DNA of 64,000 nt, taken from Leucoraja ocellata (Eukaryota). The position numbers were made by a program, and so were the translations under genes. The stretch is taken from positions 2,914,001 through 2,978,000 of the forward strand of contig JAWMAR010000152.1 in the NCBI GenBank assembly GCA_036785375.1, written 5' to 3'. Of this stretch, positions 13,328-26,845 are shown in pieces. A model generated the notes under the pieces. It was not told where the DNA came from. It searched no databases and was given only the letters and a program-made list of their open reading frames with translations. Numbering within the stretch: the first letter of the stretch is position 1; every line of letters begins with the position of its first letter.

Positions 13328-15723
13328 CTGTATCTGGGAAGAAAGCATTGGCCAACTGTTGCTGTTGCATCACAACTTGCTGCGTCTGCTGCATGATGCC
13401 TATTTGCGATACAGCCAACTGCTGAGTTGGCAATAACTGCGGTGAGGTCAAATGTTGACTCTGCTGTGAGGCCACTATCTGCTGAGTTGGATGTTGCCCT
13501 GTTGCCACGTGCTGCTGCTGCTGCTGCTGTTGGGACATGGCTACATGTGGTGAGGCTCCAAGGCGTTGCTGCGATGCTGTCAATTGTTGCTGCTGTGAAG
13601 ATGCAAGGGATCTTGGGATCCCCAACTGATGATGCTGTATCACCCCTAGGAGATGTGGCTGTGGCAGGTTTAAATTCTGAGGTGGCCCCTCAAGATGCTG
13701 CGACTGCTGTGTTGTTGGAAGATGTTGGGAGAGCCCTGGATGAGTCGGTTGATGTGAAACCTCGAGCTGTTGCTGCTGATGCAGAACTGGAAGGTGGGCC
13801 TTTGGTCCTGAATGCTGCTGCTGCTGCTGTTGAGCAGATATACACTGTGATCCTCCCAACTGCTGCTGCTGTTGCTGCTGCTGCAGTTCCATTTTCTCTT
13901 GTTCGAGTAAATCATGGAGAAGCAGTGGAAGTTCACTTGCCTCCAAAGAGCTCTCCACTTTGACAAGGTCATCCACAGACCGCCGTTTCGGTTCCATACT
14001 GGGCACATGTTGACACATTTCATCAAGTCCAAATTTAGTCAATGATGGCCGAGACTGGACGACCAGTGGCAACTTGGAAATGATCTGTGTTGAAGATGTG
14101 CACGGAACACTTTCTAAATCCACATTCGAATGCTCATTGTTAGGCATCCGCGGAGTCCCATGGCTACCTGAAACAACCGTACCACTTTGAGTAGATGTCT
14201 GTGTTCCACTGGTGGTACACGTAGAACTCTGACACAGTGCTACACTTGTGTTGACATTAAGTCCAGTACCCAGATTGAGTAGCATTGACACGGCTCCTCT
14301 CTCATCATCCCCCTTCGGTGGGCTTTCCGCTTTTATCAGAACCGTCTGAGCCGCAGAAGTATTTGCAACAAACTGGCAAGCTGAATTTTGGGAAACATTC
14401 TCTTCAACCTTCAATACTAAGTCAAGAGTTGGCTTTGGAGAATTATCAGTAGACGGGGCCCTAGTGGCTGGATCACTGCATTGACTGTTAGTGATCGTTT
14501 CCGAGTTGACATTATTCACCGACTCACAAGTAATCCTATCAGAAGTGGATAGAGTATCTGCAATATCAGATTTAGCTTTTGCTTTTTCATTCTCTTCTTC
14601 CTTCGTAGTCTTTTCTGTATCAGAGCGGCTGATATTATCTGTTGTACATTCACCAGCTGGGCCAACAGCATCCTGATCAGCTAGAATATCCTGATTTTCT
14701 TCTGCTTTCTCATTTGCAGATTCTACTAAACGCAGTTGTTCTGTAAATATGTCCTTTTTGTCACCAGTGTCTAGCTCGGGGTCAGTATAAGCTAATAGAT
14801 CAAATTCCTCACATTTCAGAAGGTCGTCGAGGTGGGGATCATTGGTTTCTAGGTTATCGAGGTTACCAAGCTCATCGTCTGTCTTACTGTCTGGGTCAAG
14901 ACTCAAATTGGCAAGGTCATCTTCTTCATCTAGCTCTTTTGGTGAATCAAGTTCTTCATCCAAAGCTTTTACAACTGAATCATCGCAAGAAATCTTCCGA
15001 GGATCTAACTCGGTGTGCTGTCTGACTACACTGGAGATGGATGAGACAGAGTTAAGTGGAAAAGGTACCGTGTTATCCTTCAAGGCATCAGTGCTGCAAC
15101 TTGAAGTGGACGTTGTAGTCGATGAACTAGACTGAAATGTCTGTTGTGCTTCACCCTGTCCTGTAGTTGCCAATGGATCTTTTGTCTGGATGTGCTGATG
15201 GGCACTTGATACTTCCACCGAATGAGGTGAAGATGGCAATGGAGCAGAAATATTCTGCTGGGGTAAGAGTGCTATCCCAACTGGTGACTGTGGCAAAGGT
15301 GTACTTGGACCTCTTGATATAACCTTGCATCCCTGCATTTGATGCACAAATGAACCAATTTCTTGGTTTGGTAATGGAAGGCGTGGTCTTGGCTGGGGAC
15401 CACGCTGTACCAGTTGGGTACCAATGGGTAATCGTTGGGAATTGTGCCTCAGTTCTATATACTGAGGACTCACCGGAATTGGAGAAGCTACAATTTGTTG
15501 TTGTGCATTTTGAAAAGTGATTTGAGTGGCAATTCTTGGGTTAAGCCCAGCTGTGCTGTTCATTTGCATGGTCATTCCAGGCCTGTTCACATGCAAAGAT
15601 TCAGGTTGCTGGAAACGGGTCTGCCCAGGAAGCCTTTGTATTAACTGCTGCTGCCACTGTTGCTGTTGACTAGCTGGTTTGCCTCTCGGGTGGAATCCTT
15701 GTGGGTTACCAACCCCTGGTTGC
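13328..15723 (-). CDS. KMT2D: KMT2D large exon (2396 nt), LXXLL motifs and polyQ
   Basis: ORF 13269..15596 extended in frame to ttttccag acceptor; PQYIELRHN, LETNDPHLDDLL, ELPLLLHDLLEQEK, QQLANAFFPDT. Confidence 0.95.
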
Positions 15724-16129
15724 CTGGAAAATAAAACATTTATTGTAGATACAAGTAATGAAAGGCAGCAGTACTTAGTGCCCTCTTTTCAAATGGGGGT
15801 AATTTGATATAGGTGAGAAAACAAAGTCTTTAAAATGTGCAAGTGACCACTAGCACAAAATGCTCTTTAATATTATAGTCCCCAAGATCTTCAATATATA
15901 TAGAAATGCATTCAATGAAAATGCGATGTCAGCAAACCTTTGAAACCAGAACTCAGCTGAGCCAATGCTCGGCAATTATGCCATCAGTATGTGTCCAACA
16001 ACTACTTTCAAGATCAAATACCAGACCTCACTGCTTGCTGGCTGCACAACATATGCTACAATTCCTTTGGATAAAATGCAGTATTTGGATAATGCTGAAT
16101 TACAATGCACATAGGAAAATGAACACTTA

Positions 16130-16505
16130 CAGGACAGGGACTGTTTTCCCTGGAACGAAGGAAGCTGAGGGTGAACTTATAGATGTATAGATAATCACAG
16201 TCTTTCTCTCAGGATAGTGGCATTTAAAACTAGAGGGTCGAGGTTTTGGTGGGAGGGGAAAGATTTTAAGAGGATCTGAGGGTGTAATTTTTTTCTACAC
16301 TGGGGATGGAGGGAATATGGAATGAGCTGCTAGAAGAGATAGCAGAAGAAAGTACTATTACAATGTTTTTTTAAATATTTGGACAAGTACATGGATAGGA
16401 AGGAATATGAAGGATATGGATCAACCAAGATTAGCTTAGATAAGCATCTCAGTTGACATGAACAAGTTGGGGCGAAGTGCCTATGTGTTTCTATGTGTGC
16501 GGCTC
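16130..16505 (+). mobile_element. Old CR1 3' end (similar remnants near 27870-28450, 40620-40790 and 60495-60680)
   Basis: GCTGAGGGTGAACTTATAGATGTAT..AAAACTAGAGGG..TGGAATGAGCTGC..TTGGACAAGTACATGGATAGG. Confidence 0.7.
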
Positions 16506-17066
16506 TGTGAATCTATAGCTCTTCTGTGGCAAACGCGTTATTTTATCTCTGCCTTCTCTGTTTTTAAGAACATTTTAGGATTAAAGTTAAAGGAACAGAA
16601 TACCCTTGATTTATATTTAGATGAAAACGGGTGGCTTGGGGGCTTTACAAAGGAACAATTCTAAAATTCCAGAATGTCGTGATCAATTGGAATTTTATAT
16701 TTTCTAGTTATTAAATCAGTTGTGATTGGGCCTCTTACCCCATGTACTTACATGACAGGAGAACACTTAATGTAAACTAGTGCAGGGATATAATGTACAT
16801 ATGCACATATACTCAGTCATTCAAAAGATTAAATGTATTAACGGACAACTTGAATTGGAATTTATAAAAAATAGCACACAGACGAATACAACAGTCGTAA
16901 GCAATTCTGCTCGATCTAGCTGAAGAGCATTATGCTTTTTTTTTTTGTATATCCACAAGTAATCACATGCTTTGAACACTATCCTCTACATGCTTTGACA
17001 AACGACACTACTAAATCAACCAGCGTGCATTTTGATGCATGCAGATGTTTATTAAATCGCACATAC

Positions 17067-17224
17067 CTGGGAGTGTTCACTTCACCAGCAGGGGAAATGC
17101 CTGGTTGTTGAGGCCGACACAGACTCTCGTCCTGAGGAAATAAATGCTGTTTTTCTATTACCACTGGATTCATTAACCTGCCGTTTCCAGAGCCAGGGAT
17201 CAGACCTCGCAGACCAGACCGATC
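17067..17224 (-). CDS. KMT2D: KMT2D exon (158 nt)
   Basis: ttttgcag|GAT..CCAG|gtatgt; DRSGLRGLIPG..DESLCRP..VNTP(R). Confidence 0.87.
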
Positions 17225-17646
17225 CTGCAAAACAAAATAACTTTTAGCCCTTAAACTGCAAACATTAAACCTCAACACAAAGTGCTTGTGACGTATTTGC
17301 GACAACATAATTTGGCACTGAAATATTGAACTCATTCTTCCCACGTTTTCTTACAAACCATCTTCAAGCTTGATTCGTTCAGTAATTTTAATACAAGAGA
17401 TTCCAAGTGTTCAAACTCAAAGCATAGTCCATTTAATAATTCCAGGGAGTAAATACACGAGGTACAGCTAGATGGACAAACATAGGGACAAAAGATATTG
17501 CACTAAACAATTCTACAAGTGAAAGCTTCAACCTTTCCAGATGAGGATACAAAGCTTTATTAGATATCAGCTGATGGAGATCTACAGAAGAAAACCTTTA
17601 TTTGAAAAGTTGTTTAAAGTATCGGATATCCAGTATCAGTCAGTAC

Positions 17647-17826
17647 CTGAGAGAGGGGGTATGGAGGTGGTGCTCTTGTTTGCAGCTCATGAGGCTGACT
17701 GGAATTTTCTTGCGACCAATTTGTTGTAGCAGTGCTGCTACCACATGCAGCAGCCTGTTCCTTCTCCTGTCGCAAGTTATTCCGTTGAATTTGCTGACGT
17801 ATCAAAAGCTGACGTAACCTCTGGCG
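17647..17826 (-). CDS. KMT2D: KMT2D exon (180 nt), LXXLL (LRQLL) and PPPY motifs
   Basis: RQRLRQLLIRQQIQRNNLRQEKE..RAPPPYPLSQ. Confidence 0.95.
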
Positions 17827-18439
17827 CTGAGGAAACGCAAAGTATTTTAGTTTTCTTCTTTCAAATCCGAATAGCAAACATTTCCATTGCCACGGGTTGA
17901 CAATGCAACAATAACAGTATTTGTTTATCAGCTTGAGGTTACAGAAGTCAGATCTAACTTTGCCAATGCCCCCTATCAGCTGGCTGAATGTCCTCAGTCC
18001 ACACATTACTTCATGGTATATTGAGAGTTTTACAAACCAGGATCCAACGCCACTCACAGAACTACGTCAAGTAGCACAATTTTTCTATCGTTGGGTAAGG
18101 GGGAGAAGAAACAGTTATTTATGTGATGCCTTTTGTAACCCCGGGACCATGAAAACACTTTATAGCTAATTAAGGTCTTCTTAACAAGTGCAGTCCCCAC
18201 TCTATTGTAGGAAATTAGGTAGCAATCTTTTGCACAACATGCTTCCACCAAAAGCAATGTAATAATGACCAGATCATGCGTTTTACTGGTTACAGGTCAT
18301 TATTGTCCAGCAGATAATTATTGTCCAGAACACTGAAAACCTGCCTGTTCTGGTTCAAAATAGTGCCATGGGACTTTTAAATCAACCAGAAGGAGCAGGC
18401 AAAATCTCAATTTAAATGTTTAATTTAAAATACATCAGC

Positions 18440-18740
18440 TCAGCACAGTGGAGCAGCTGGTAGAGCAGCTGCCTCACAGCACCAGTCAGGCTTAATCCTG
18501 ACCTTGGGTGCTATCTGTGTGGAGTTTGCATGTTCTCCTTGCGACCACATGGGTTTCCTCCCACATCCCAAATACTTGTGGTTTTGTACGTCAATTGGCT
18601 GCTGTGGATTGCCCCCAATGTATAGGGGGCTATACATCGAAAGTGGGATGACACAGAACTAGGGTGAACGGGTGGTCAATGGCAGTGCGGTCTCGGTGGG
18701 CCAATGGGCCTGTTTCCATGCTGTACCTTTAAACTAAACT
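18440..18740 (+). mobile_element. tRNA-derived V-SINE (HE1-like)
   Basis: A-box TGGAGCAGCTGG, GCTGCCTCACAGC, V domain TGTGTGGAGTTTGCATGTTCTCC, CR1-type tail GGGCCTGTTTCCATGCTGTA. Confidence 0.85.
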
Positions 18741-18944
18741 CAGATGGTGTAGCAACTCTCTCCCATGGCATACTGGGAATGCATATGCCGCCCAGTATGC
18801 CATATTGACACCTTTAACTGGTCTTTTACTACTTAAAATTTCACAGTTCCTATTAGTCTACTGCGATAACGCAGTTAAAACGTCAGTAACATGGTAGCTA
18901 CGTACATGCACCCACAAGCGTACTCCAATGTTACATATCATTAC

Positions 18945-20876
18945 CTGTCTTTGTTTCTCCAGCTCCGTCTGACTCAGATTTCCTGTTTGTGCTCCCCGGT
19001 TGAATGGAAGATCATGCAAATCTCTGCTGGGAGACGCAGGAGTGTGGACCTGTGTGGAACTCTCGCTGCTTCTCTCTGATGGAGATGAATTACTCACTGA
19101 TCGAGTGTTAGAAGAAGTCTGGTATGAGCAATCTTGCTGTAAAGGTAGCGTATCTTGCTTGATCAAGGATGGCCTTAAAGGCATATTGGTGAAAGCTTCA
19201 TCTCTTGCAACAGATGCTGCATCTTGAGGTCCTGACTGATTACTGGCATTGAGTTGAGAGCAATGAGCATCAGTTACATTGAGCTGATTTCCCATTAGAT
19301 GACTTGGTGGAAAATTATTTGTTCGAGGCATTTGAGATACTGACTGCTGAGAATGGGATTCTTTAAGCATATCTCCGGGTGAAGAAGTGAAAGGAAATTG
19401 ATTTTGTGGTTGACCGCTGGCAAATGTCTTGGCACATGGCTCAAAAGTGTGAGGCCTTGGAGACTGGGGCTGCATTACATAAGCTGCTTTTGGATGTGGG
19501 TCACTGTGCTGAGAAAACATTGCTGAATGCTGAATGGTACTACTTGGCACTGGTGAGGATTTAAATCCAGTGTCAACCATTTGGGATCTCTGTGGTTTGT
19601 GAAGCTGAGCGTAAGGATCTCTTGAAGGTGGCCTTGAGTAAGGATCTGGTGATTGGAATCTGGAAGCAATGGGAGATTGAGGAAACCCCTCATTGGAATG
19701 CGGCCTGGGTGTCAATGGTGAACTGCATTGCGACTGCGGACTCATTGGTACCCTGGAGAGAGAATCAGCTGGAAGTGATTTTGGAGGTAATGGAGAGCAA
19801 CTCTCACTGGATGGTGGTCTTGGTGGCAATGAAGATTGATGATATGGATCAGAAAATGGGGTGGAAGGGGACTGGCGGTACAAATCGGTCTGGCTCTGTG
19901 GCGAGACACCCTGAGATTGAGGGTGTAGTTCCTGAGAACGTTGAGTAGGTACTGTAGGTGTTTGGTCCACATATGATGATCTGGGAGTTAAAGGTGCTTT
20001 GAAGATATCTCTATCTCTCCCATCCGAAAGTGACCGTACATTCATATTCGGATCCAACATTGCAGCTCTGTAAAGGGATGCCAAGGAATTTGTACTTAAA
20101 TCTTGTCTCATAACTCCGGCAAACTGTTCATTTCTTGGATGCTGTGCTCCAATTTCTGTATCGGTAAGTCGCCTTAACTGGTCACTAGTTGGTGATGCCA
20201 GCGTTAATGCTTCAAGTGGCTTTGTGTAGCAGTCTGTCGACTGCGATGATCGAAAGCCTGGACTTCCTAAAGGCTGATCAATTGTATGGGTATCATGTGA
20301 TTCACCAAGCATTCTAGATCGGAGGAACGAGTCTGGGGCGAGAGGATGCTGATGATGAGACATCCCTGGCACGGCAGAGTGTAGCTCTGAAGAGGCAAGT
20401 AACTGTGGTCGGCCTGGAACAACAGGGCGAGGTACACTTGACTGGTGATGAGAACTATTCCATGCCGAAGCTTGACTTGGATTACTGGAAGACTGAACAT
20501 TTGGTTCCTGAGGATACGATGATAGTGAATGCCCAAAAGGATCTTGGGCTACAACCCCAGTCGGAGACTGCAAATGCAGATTCGGGAACAGGTCACTGCT
20601 GGAGTCCTTTGGGGATGGGCTGGTTGTCTGCAGTTTGACAAATTCATTAGTCGAGGTAGCAAATGATTTATTACCATGTAATGAAGCATTCTGGCCTAAA
20701 CCTTCAATCCTCATTTCTGCTGGAGAACCAGAATTCCCCACAACTAATGTTGCTGGAGTGAGACTGGTGACTGTAGGACTCGGAGTCAGGCCATGCGGAT
20801 GACGGGGTGGTTTACGATCCTGCTTTGAATCTTGTCTCTCAATTTTCGGCTGCTTGTTACCTTGCATGTCAACCTG
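18945..20876 (-). CDS. KMT2D: KMT2D large exon (1932 nt), S/P-rich
   Basis: ORF 18858..20882; DIFKAPLTPR, RFQSPDPYSRPPSRDPYAQLHKP, LSQTELEKQRQ|gtaatg. Confidence 0.95.
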
Positions 20877-21043
20877 CTGCAAAAATAAAGAACAGATTAT
20901 ATTTCATGTTAATCGAGGTGGACCAAGGTGTAAAAAGACAAAGCACACATCAGGGCATCACAGGCTGCCAAGTAAGAAAATAATTTTCAGTAAATGAACA
21001 AAAAGCACGACTACAAGCTAGATAACTCAATAACATCATTTAC

Positions 21044-21094
21044 CTTTTGTGCTTTGTTGATGCGCTGAGCTGCCCTGTTGTCTTTGGCCTTTTG
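21044..21094 (-). CDS. KMT2D: KMT2D exon (51 nt), end of HMG box
   Basis: QKAKDNRAAQRINKAQK. Confidence 0.95.
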
Positions 21095-21581
21095 CTGAAA
21101 AACAAGATAAGATTCTGAATTAAACAAAATAATATTTTGAGGAGCAAAAGAATATCGATCACCAACAAAATCTGTGCAAAAAATATGCTTTGCAGTTCAA
21201 GTCAGCAGAGATTTTTATCTGTACAATGACAATTGGTCTCAAAAACCACGCATGGTCATAACTCAATTTCCAATCCAACCACGCATGGTCATTGCCCACT
21301 AAAATCAAGGACTCCAATCATCTTTACAAGCTATTCGAATAAATAAGAAACACTAATTGGATATGCAACATATCAGCACATCTAATCCCTATAACATCTT
21401 TTAAAATACATCTCCTTCAAGGAAACAATTTTAAAAAACAAACCAATTATTTTATTTTACCAAAGCAGTTTTTAGTGCCAGTGCACAATAATCCCGCTGT
21501 GCTAAAACCAATATAGTACCACATCGGGGCATAGAAAACAAGTGTAGGGAGTAGTTGGTATAGTCTCATTGAAGAGAAGGG

Positions 21582-21896
21582 CAGGACAAGGGGTCACAGC
21601 TTAAGGATAAGGGGGAAATCCTTTAAAACCGAGATGAGAAGAACTTTTTTCACACATAGAGTGGTGAATCTCTGGAACTCTCTGCCACAGAGGGTAGTTG
21701 AGGCCAGTTCATTGGCTATATTTAAGAGGGAGTTAGATGTGGCCCTTGTGGCTAAGGGGATCAGGCGGTATGGAGAGAAGGCAGGTACGGGATACTGAGT
21801 TGGATGATCAGCCATGATCATATTGAATGGCGGTGCAGGCTCGAAGGGCCGAATGGCCTCTACTCCTGCACCTATTTTCTATGTATCTATGTTTCT
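21582..21896 (+). mobile_element. Short 3' copy of the same CR1 family
   Basis: Nearly identical to 47682-47994; AAGGG on both flanks. Confidence 0.9.
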
Positions 21897-22505
21897 AAGG
21901 GATAGATTGGAGACGGGTCTTGCTTCGACTCCCTACTGAACACTGGGAAAGCATGAAAAAAGTGACCACAAAAAGACCCTCTCAACACTTTAGGAGAGAT
22001 TCTTCCATTCAAAGGGAAGCCACAAGTCTGACTGAGACTAATCACCGTTTGTCTTGACAGGACGTGTTACAGTGCAAGGTGAGAATAGACATACTTTGTC
22101 TATGGGATTAAGAATCGGAATAAAGCGTGCATTTTGTAATTTATCTCATAGTGTGACTCCAGCATATGTAAATATGGCATAACATAAATTCGTACTGAAT
22201 AAACGTATTAATCAAACCGTTAATCGAATTTATTCAGGAATTGAATGTGGGTAATCACATATAGCACCATATCGAAATGCATTTTAGCAAGTGTGCAAAT
22301 GAAGATAAAATCACCCTCTAGAGCCAAAAACACCGATACCTCTGGATGAAACCACAAAACGACAAGGGAAAAAGTATAAACTTCCTCTCATTGCTTTGCT
22401 CAATTACTCTGTGGAGAGAGATACAACCAGAATTTTTTTTTCTCTCTCTTTACATTTGTACCAAAAATGTTTACTCTGATGAGATCTCAAGATCGTGTGC
22501 CTTAC

Positions 22506-22579
22506 CAGAAATGGTGCTTTATCAGCTGCTGGTACCTTCCTCCAAATCTTAGTGATCTGTTTACAACGACTTGCCCAAT
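22506..22579 (-). CDS. KMT2D: KMT2D exon (74 nt), HMG box
   Basis: DWASRCKQITKIWRKVPAADKAPFL. Confidence 0.96.
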
Positions 22580-22911
22580 CTAAAGAAATTTACACAGGAA
22601 AATAAAAATCAATGACTTTCTACTTATTTAAGATTACCAGCAATTAAAATAAGATTTAAATATCTTCATAATCTATTCCACAACTAAATCTACAGTGAGA
22701 ATCTTGTTAATTAACTAATTACACATAAAAGTTCACATGCTGGAAATCTGAAATAAACAACACTCCGCAGCATCTGTGGAACGAGCAACAGCCATAGCAT
22801 TTGCAGTTGTAGACAGTTCGTCAGAACATCCGATTAAAAGTTTTTCAACCTAAAATGTTAACAGTTTTTCTTTCAACTAATCTTATAAACTAGAAATTAG
22901 AGATAGCATAC

Positions 22912-23162
22912 CTGGGTAGTCCTGTCTCAAGTTAGGGAAATTGATATTTGCGTAGAGAACGGGTGATATGGTTGATAATTCTCCCAAAGCCTCATCTTTT
23001 TCCCATCTCAATATACTTCGCTGGTTATACGAAAGTCCATCGCCTTCTCCCTCCGTGGGAGTGGTGGGTGTGGTCGGAGTGGTTGGGGTAGCTGGGGTAG
23101 CAGGAGTTGTCCACGGGCTCTGTTGCTCTCCACTGTCTGGGCTGAAAGGAATACTCCTTTCC
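22912..23162 (-). CDS. KMT2D: KMT2D exon (251 nt), TP repeat and start of HMG-box region
   Basis: ERSIPFSPDSGEQQSPWTTPATPATPTTPTTPTTPTEGEGDGLSYNQRSILRWEKDEALGELSTISPVLYANINFPNLRQDYP. Confidence 0.97.
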
Positions 23163-23979
23163 CTGCACATCAATCAAAGATGTTATTTTATGCATCCTCA
23201 ATGTGTTTTGTACTTAACAATCTGTCCAAAATAAACCAATTTGGCCTGGGGAACATAGGTATAGGAATGACAGGTTGAAGAACAGCATGTTGTATATGGG
23301 ATTCAGTAGCTGCCACTGATGCACAAACGGTCACTGCTGTAGCTCTGCACCTATACCTGACGAAGCAACTGCAAGGTGGGATATGATATATCTTTAAGGT
23401 GGTACATAATTCAATATTCAGTCATGATTCGCATCTTCCCGTTCACCTGGCACTGTTATAAACTCAGCAAATGTTAGAATTAACAGTTGAGATGAACAGT
23501 TTGTTTGGGGCACTCATGACAGATTCTAAGGCAGGGAGCTTGCATCATTTCTGAAATCTGATGATTGATTATTGGTATTTTCATAGCTTAACTTCAATTA
23601 TGGTTTTTAGCCAATGGAGTAAGTAGGGTTTTTGAGCGAGTGACACAGCAGGAAATGATCACTGGTTAATTTCAGGAGTAATCTTGCACATTCTTCATAA
23701 TGGGCTCCTTAAATTTGCACCGTTTCTTCATTGCAAGTATGTACTCTACAGATCCAGCTGGCTGGGTAAACCCTTGAGAAGACGAGATGAACATATGACA
23801 TTACACAATGTTCAATTTGCAAGCTGTTTTGCTTGCTTTTCCCCGAGGCTCTTTCTGCAGCACATGTTGGGACTATGATCGGAGAAGCAAAATTGAGCTT
23901 TCAGAACAGCTTGAAATCTGTTAATAATCAATAGCATTATTCGTAAGGAGACCAAAAATAAAATCATGGCAAAAATTAC

Positions 23980-24091
23980 CTGCTTTCAAGAAATGGTGAC
24001 CGACAGACATTGGGAAAAGACTCTCCTGTTGCACATGAAGCCTGCGCCAGAGAACCACCAAGAGCAAGTTGCCCAACAGCCACTGCCCCTC
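23980..24091 (-). CDS. KMT2D: KMT2D exon (112 nt)
   Basis: GGAVAVGQLALGG..ESFPNVCRSPFLES(R). Confidence 0.88.
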
Positions 24092-24618
24092 CTAAGGAAC
24101 ACAACAGAAAATAGAATCCCTACTTAGGTCCAAGATGCATAAGGTACACAGAGTAAATAAGTGGAAGTAGCCTAACAAATGTCTTGAGTTGTATGCAGTT
24201 TACATTACCTATTGCTTTAGCTAATAACAGCTACTGTAAATTCAAACGTAATCATTATTTCCCTTAGCCACGATTGTCCATGACTATCTCCTTCAATTAA
24301 TATTTCACATTTTCACTGTGTCCAAATTGTCACTTTGTTCCAGATTTCCGTACTACCAGGAATTCTTCCCAATTTATACACAATTATCGATTATTTTCAA
24401 GTCAATCAAATCATCCTATCAACTCTTAGGTAAACCCCTAGGTAGGACATTTAAACTCAGCGTTGCAGGACAACATAAGGAAAAAGATGAGACAACAAAA
24501 GAATGTGGGCATTAATCGTGGATGAATTGGAATGAAACAAGTAATGTGCAAAAGAATAAAAAAGAGAAAAACTCAAACTAATATGGTTAAATTTGCTGCC
24601 AAGTATTCTATTAAATGG

Positions 24619-24830
24619 AAGACACCCAAAAAGCTGGAGTAACTCAGCAGGTCAGTCGGCATCTCTGGAGAAAAGGAATAGGTGACATTTCGGGTCGAGG
24701 CTGAAGAAAGGTCTCGACCCGAAACGTCACCTAATCCTTTTCTCCAGAGATGCTGTCTGACCCGCTGAGTTACTCCAACTTTTTGTGTCTATCTTCAGTT
24801 TATACCAGCATCTGCCGTTCCTTCCTACAC
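24619..24830. mobile_element. Penelope-derived hairpin insertion with hammerhead core and 14-bp TSD
   Basis: ATTCTATTAAATGG at 24605-24618 and 24831-24844; CTGAAGAAAGGTCTCGACCCGAAACGTC at 24701-24728. Confidence 0.85.
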
Positions 24831-24899
24831 ATTCTATTAAATGGTCCAATATGTGCTAGCTAAGACCAAACAACATTAAAAAATACATATTTTCTTTAC

Positions 24900-25088
24900 C
24901 AGAAAGAAGAGACTGCTGGCTTAATGAAGGTCTGATGAGTTCGCCCAACCCATGAGAAGTGAGAAGATGACTTTCAGAAACTGTTTTGACACTACTCAGC
25001 GTTGATTCTGGAAGTGGATGATTTCCCTGTGATCCCAGAACATCAGTGAAGAGCTGCTGTACATCTTTACTCTCCATTTGTGCCAGTT
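24900..25088 (-). CDS. KMT2D: KMT2D exon (189 nt)
   Basis: ELAQMESKDVQQLFTDVLGS..QQSLLS. Confidence 0.9.
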
Positions 25089-26707
25089 CTGATGAAGAAA
25101 GATGTAACATTGAAGCAGCTGTATCAATTAAATTATTAAACATATTCTAAACGTCAACATGCTAGAAAATTAATCAGATAAAAACATATAAATGAATACA
25201 ATCCTTTATCACCAACTCCTCTTTGGTATAATGTATTCTTTAAGAATAAACTAATTTTCAAAATGGATTTTCACAATCTGCCTTTGGGTGATTAGCATAG
25301 ATAAAACAACGCTACAACTCTCCCTCTCAAATGCTTGGAAATAATATCTTGGGTACTGAGTGCTATATTCTACGTGGAACAAGTCGAAGAGTAGGAGGAA
25401 GGAGGGAGTGGAGCGAGGGAAACTGACCAAAAATTCCTGAGAATCACATTGGCAAGTTTAGTGCCAAGAGCAATAGCGCTTTTATCAAAGAAAAACATGC
25501 CAAGGCACTTCACATATTTGTTACCATGCAAACACAGACATCAAATACTATAAAAATAAATACCAAAGAGGTTGGTAGAAAATGCGGTTTAAGGCAAGCC
25601 CTGAAAGGAAATAAATACTAAAAGTACATAAGTGCTTTCTGGTTGCAGAGGGGTTTGAATTCCAGCACAACTAATGGCAAAGTCAAAAGGAAATGTTATT
25701 TTGGAAAGTGAGGATGACAAAGGGATATGCAACACTGAATAATGTATCAAATGCCTTAAAGATTGAACGAGAAATCCAACAGCAGATGGGCTGCAGCAGA
25801 AATTGACTCAACTGAGGTGATGAGATAGAAGTAAACCATCTTAGTGGAGGACAACACAAGATAAAAAAGCTTAGCTTCAGAGGTTTATTGAAGCTACATG
25901 CTTCCTGATCGAGGCAGAGACCAAGGTTGGGAACGGGAACAGATTTTTAAATATTTTTTTTTAAAATAAGGTATCGTAGACTGTGACTGGAATCAAAGGC
26001 ATTAACTTTGGTTCTCCCTACATTAACTGGAAGAAAGCACGACTCTGCCAAACCATAGACATTCAATACAACTGGGGAGAAAGTGAAATTATATCCCATC
26101 ATTGGCAATAGCAGCTTCAGTTGTGGCTATTTCCAGGGCCAAAGTGTTGATTGGAGAAATTCACATTTTAAAATGTGGAAAAGCAAACAGATTTGGAAGA
26201 TAACACCACTTTCAAAGACTAGAGGGGGGTCATTGCATATAGAAAAGTCGTTTGCAAGGACAGAGGTGTCAAGATTGATTTTTTAAACTAAAAAGAATTT
26301 GGTCTTTTTGAAATAAAGCAAAATCAACATTTGAGGAAACAAAACCATTTATGTCAGTTGGCATGAGAGTTATGTTATATGTAAACAAGTTATATGCCTG
26401 AATAAGCAAGTTTAGCAAGTGCTAGAAAGGTTCAAGGGTTCATATTAGGGAAAACAAGATGGGTTGAGTGAAAGGGAGAGATGAATGGTCAGGGAAGGAA
26501 AAGCCGTCAGTCTGAAAGTCCAACTCCAGGTGACTTGTCGCTTTTAATCTTTGACTTCAGTATTCTAAAAGGTTATATGGACAAATATTAAAACTTTAGA
26601 GAAACTCTATACATCCTTAACTTGTAAAATGTAACTTCAACAAGACCCAAAAGCAATTCCAATCCAATTGACCCCAGGATCTGTTCCAAACAAATTCTAA
26701 TACCTAC

Positions 26708-26845
26708 CCTCGGTTACAATCTTGTCAAGATCAGAGCTGAGGGCACCCTCCACTGGAGCATCATTAAAAGCTTGGTTTCGCTTTGAGCTCTCATCAGGAT
26801 GACTGGATGAAAGCTCATCCGTAATGGATGAGACGTCAATCCCAG
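26708..26845 (-). CDS. KMT2D: KMT2D exon (138 nt)
   Basis: AGIDVSSITDELSS..EGALSSDLDKIVTE. Confidence 0.88.

Noticed and set aside
13427-13963. + strand poly-Ala ORF and other antisense ORFs over the large exons
   Set aside because: Shadows of CAG-rich KMT2D coding sequence
18440-18520. tRNA gene
   Set aside because: tRNA-derived SINE head with damaged B-box region, followed by V domain and LINE-type tail
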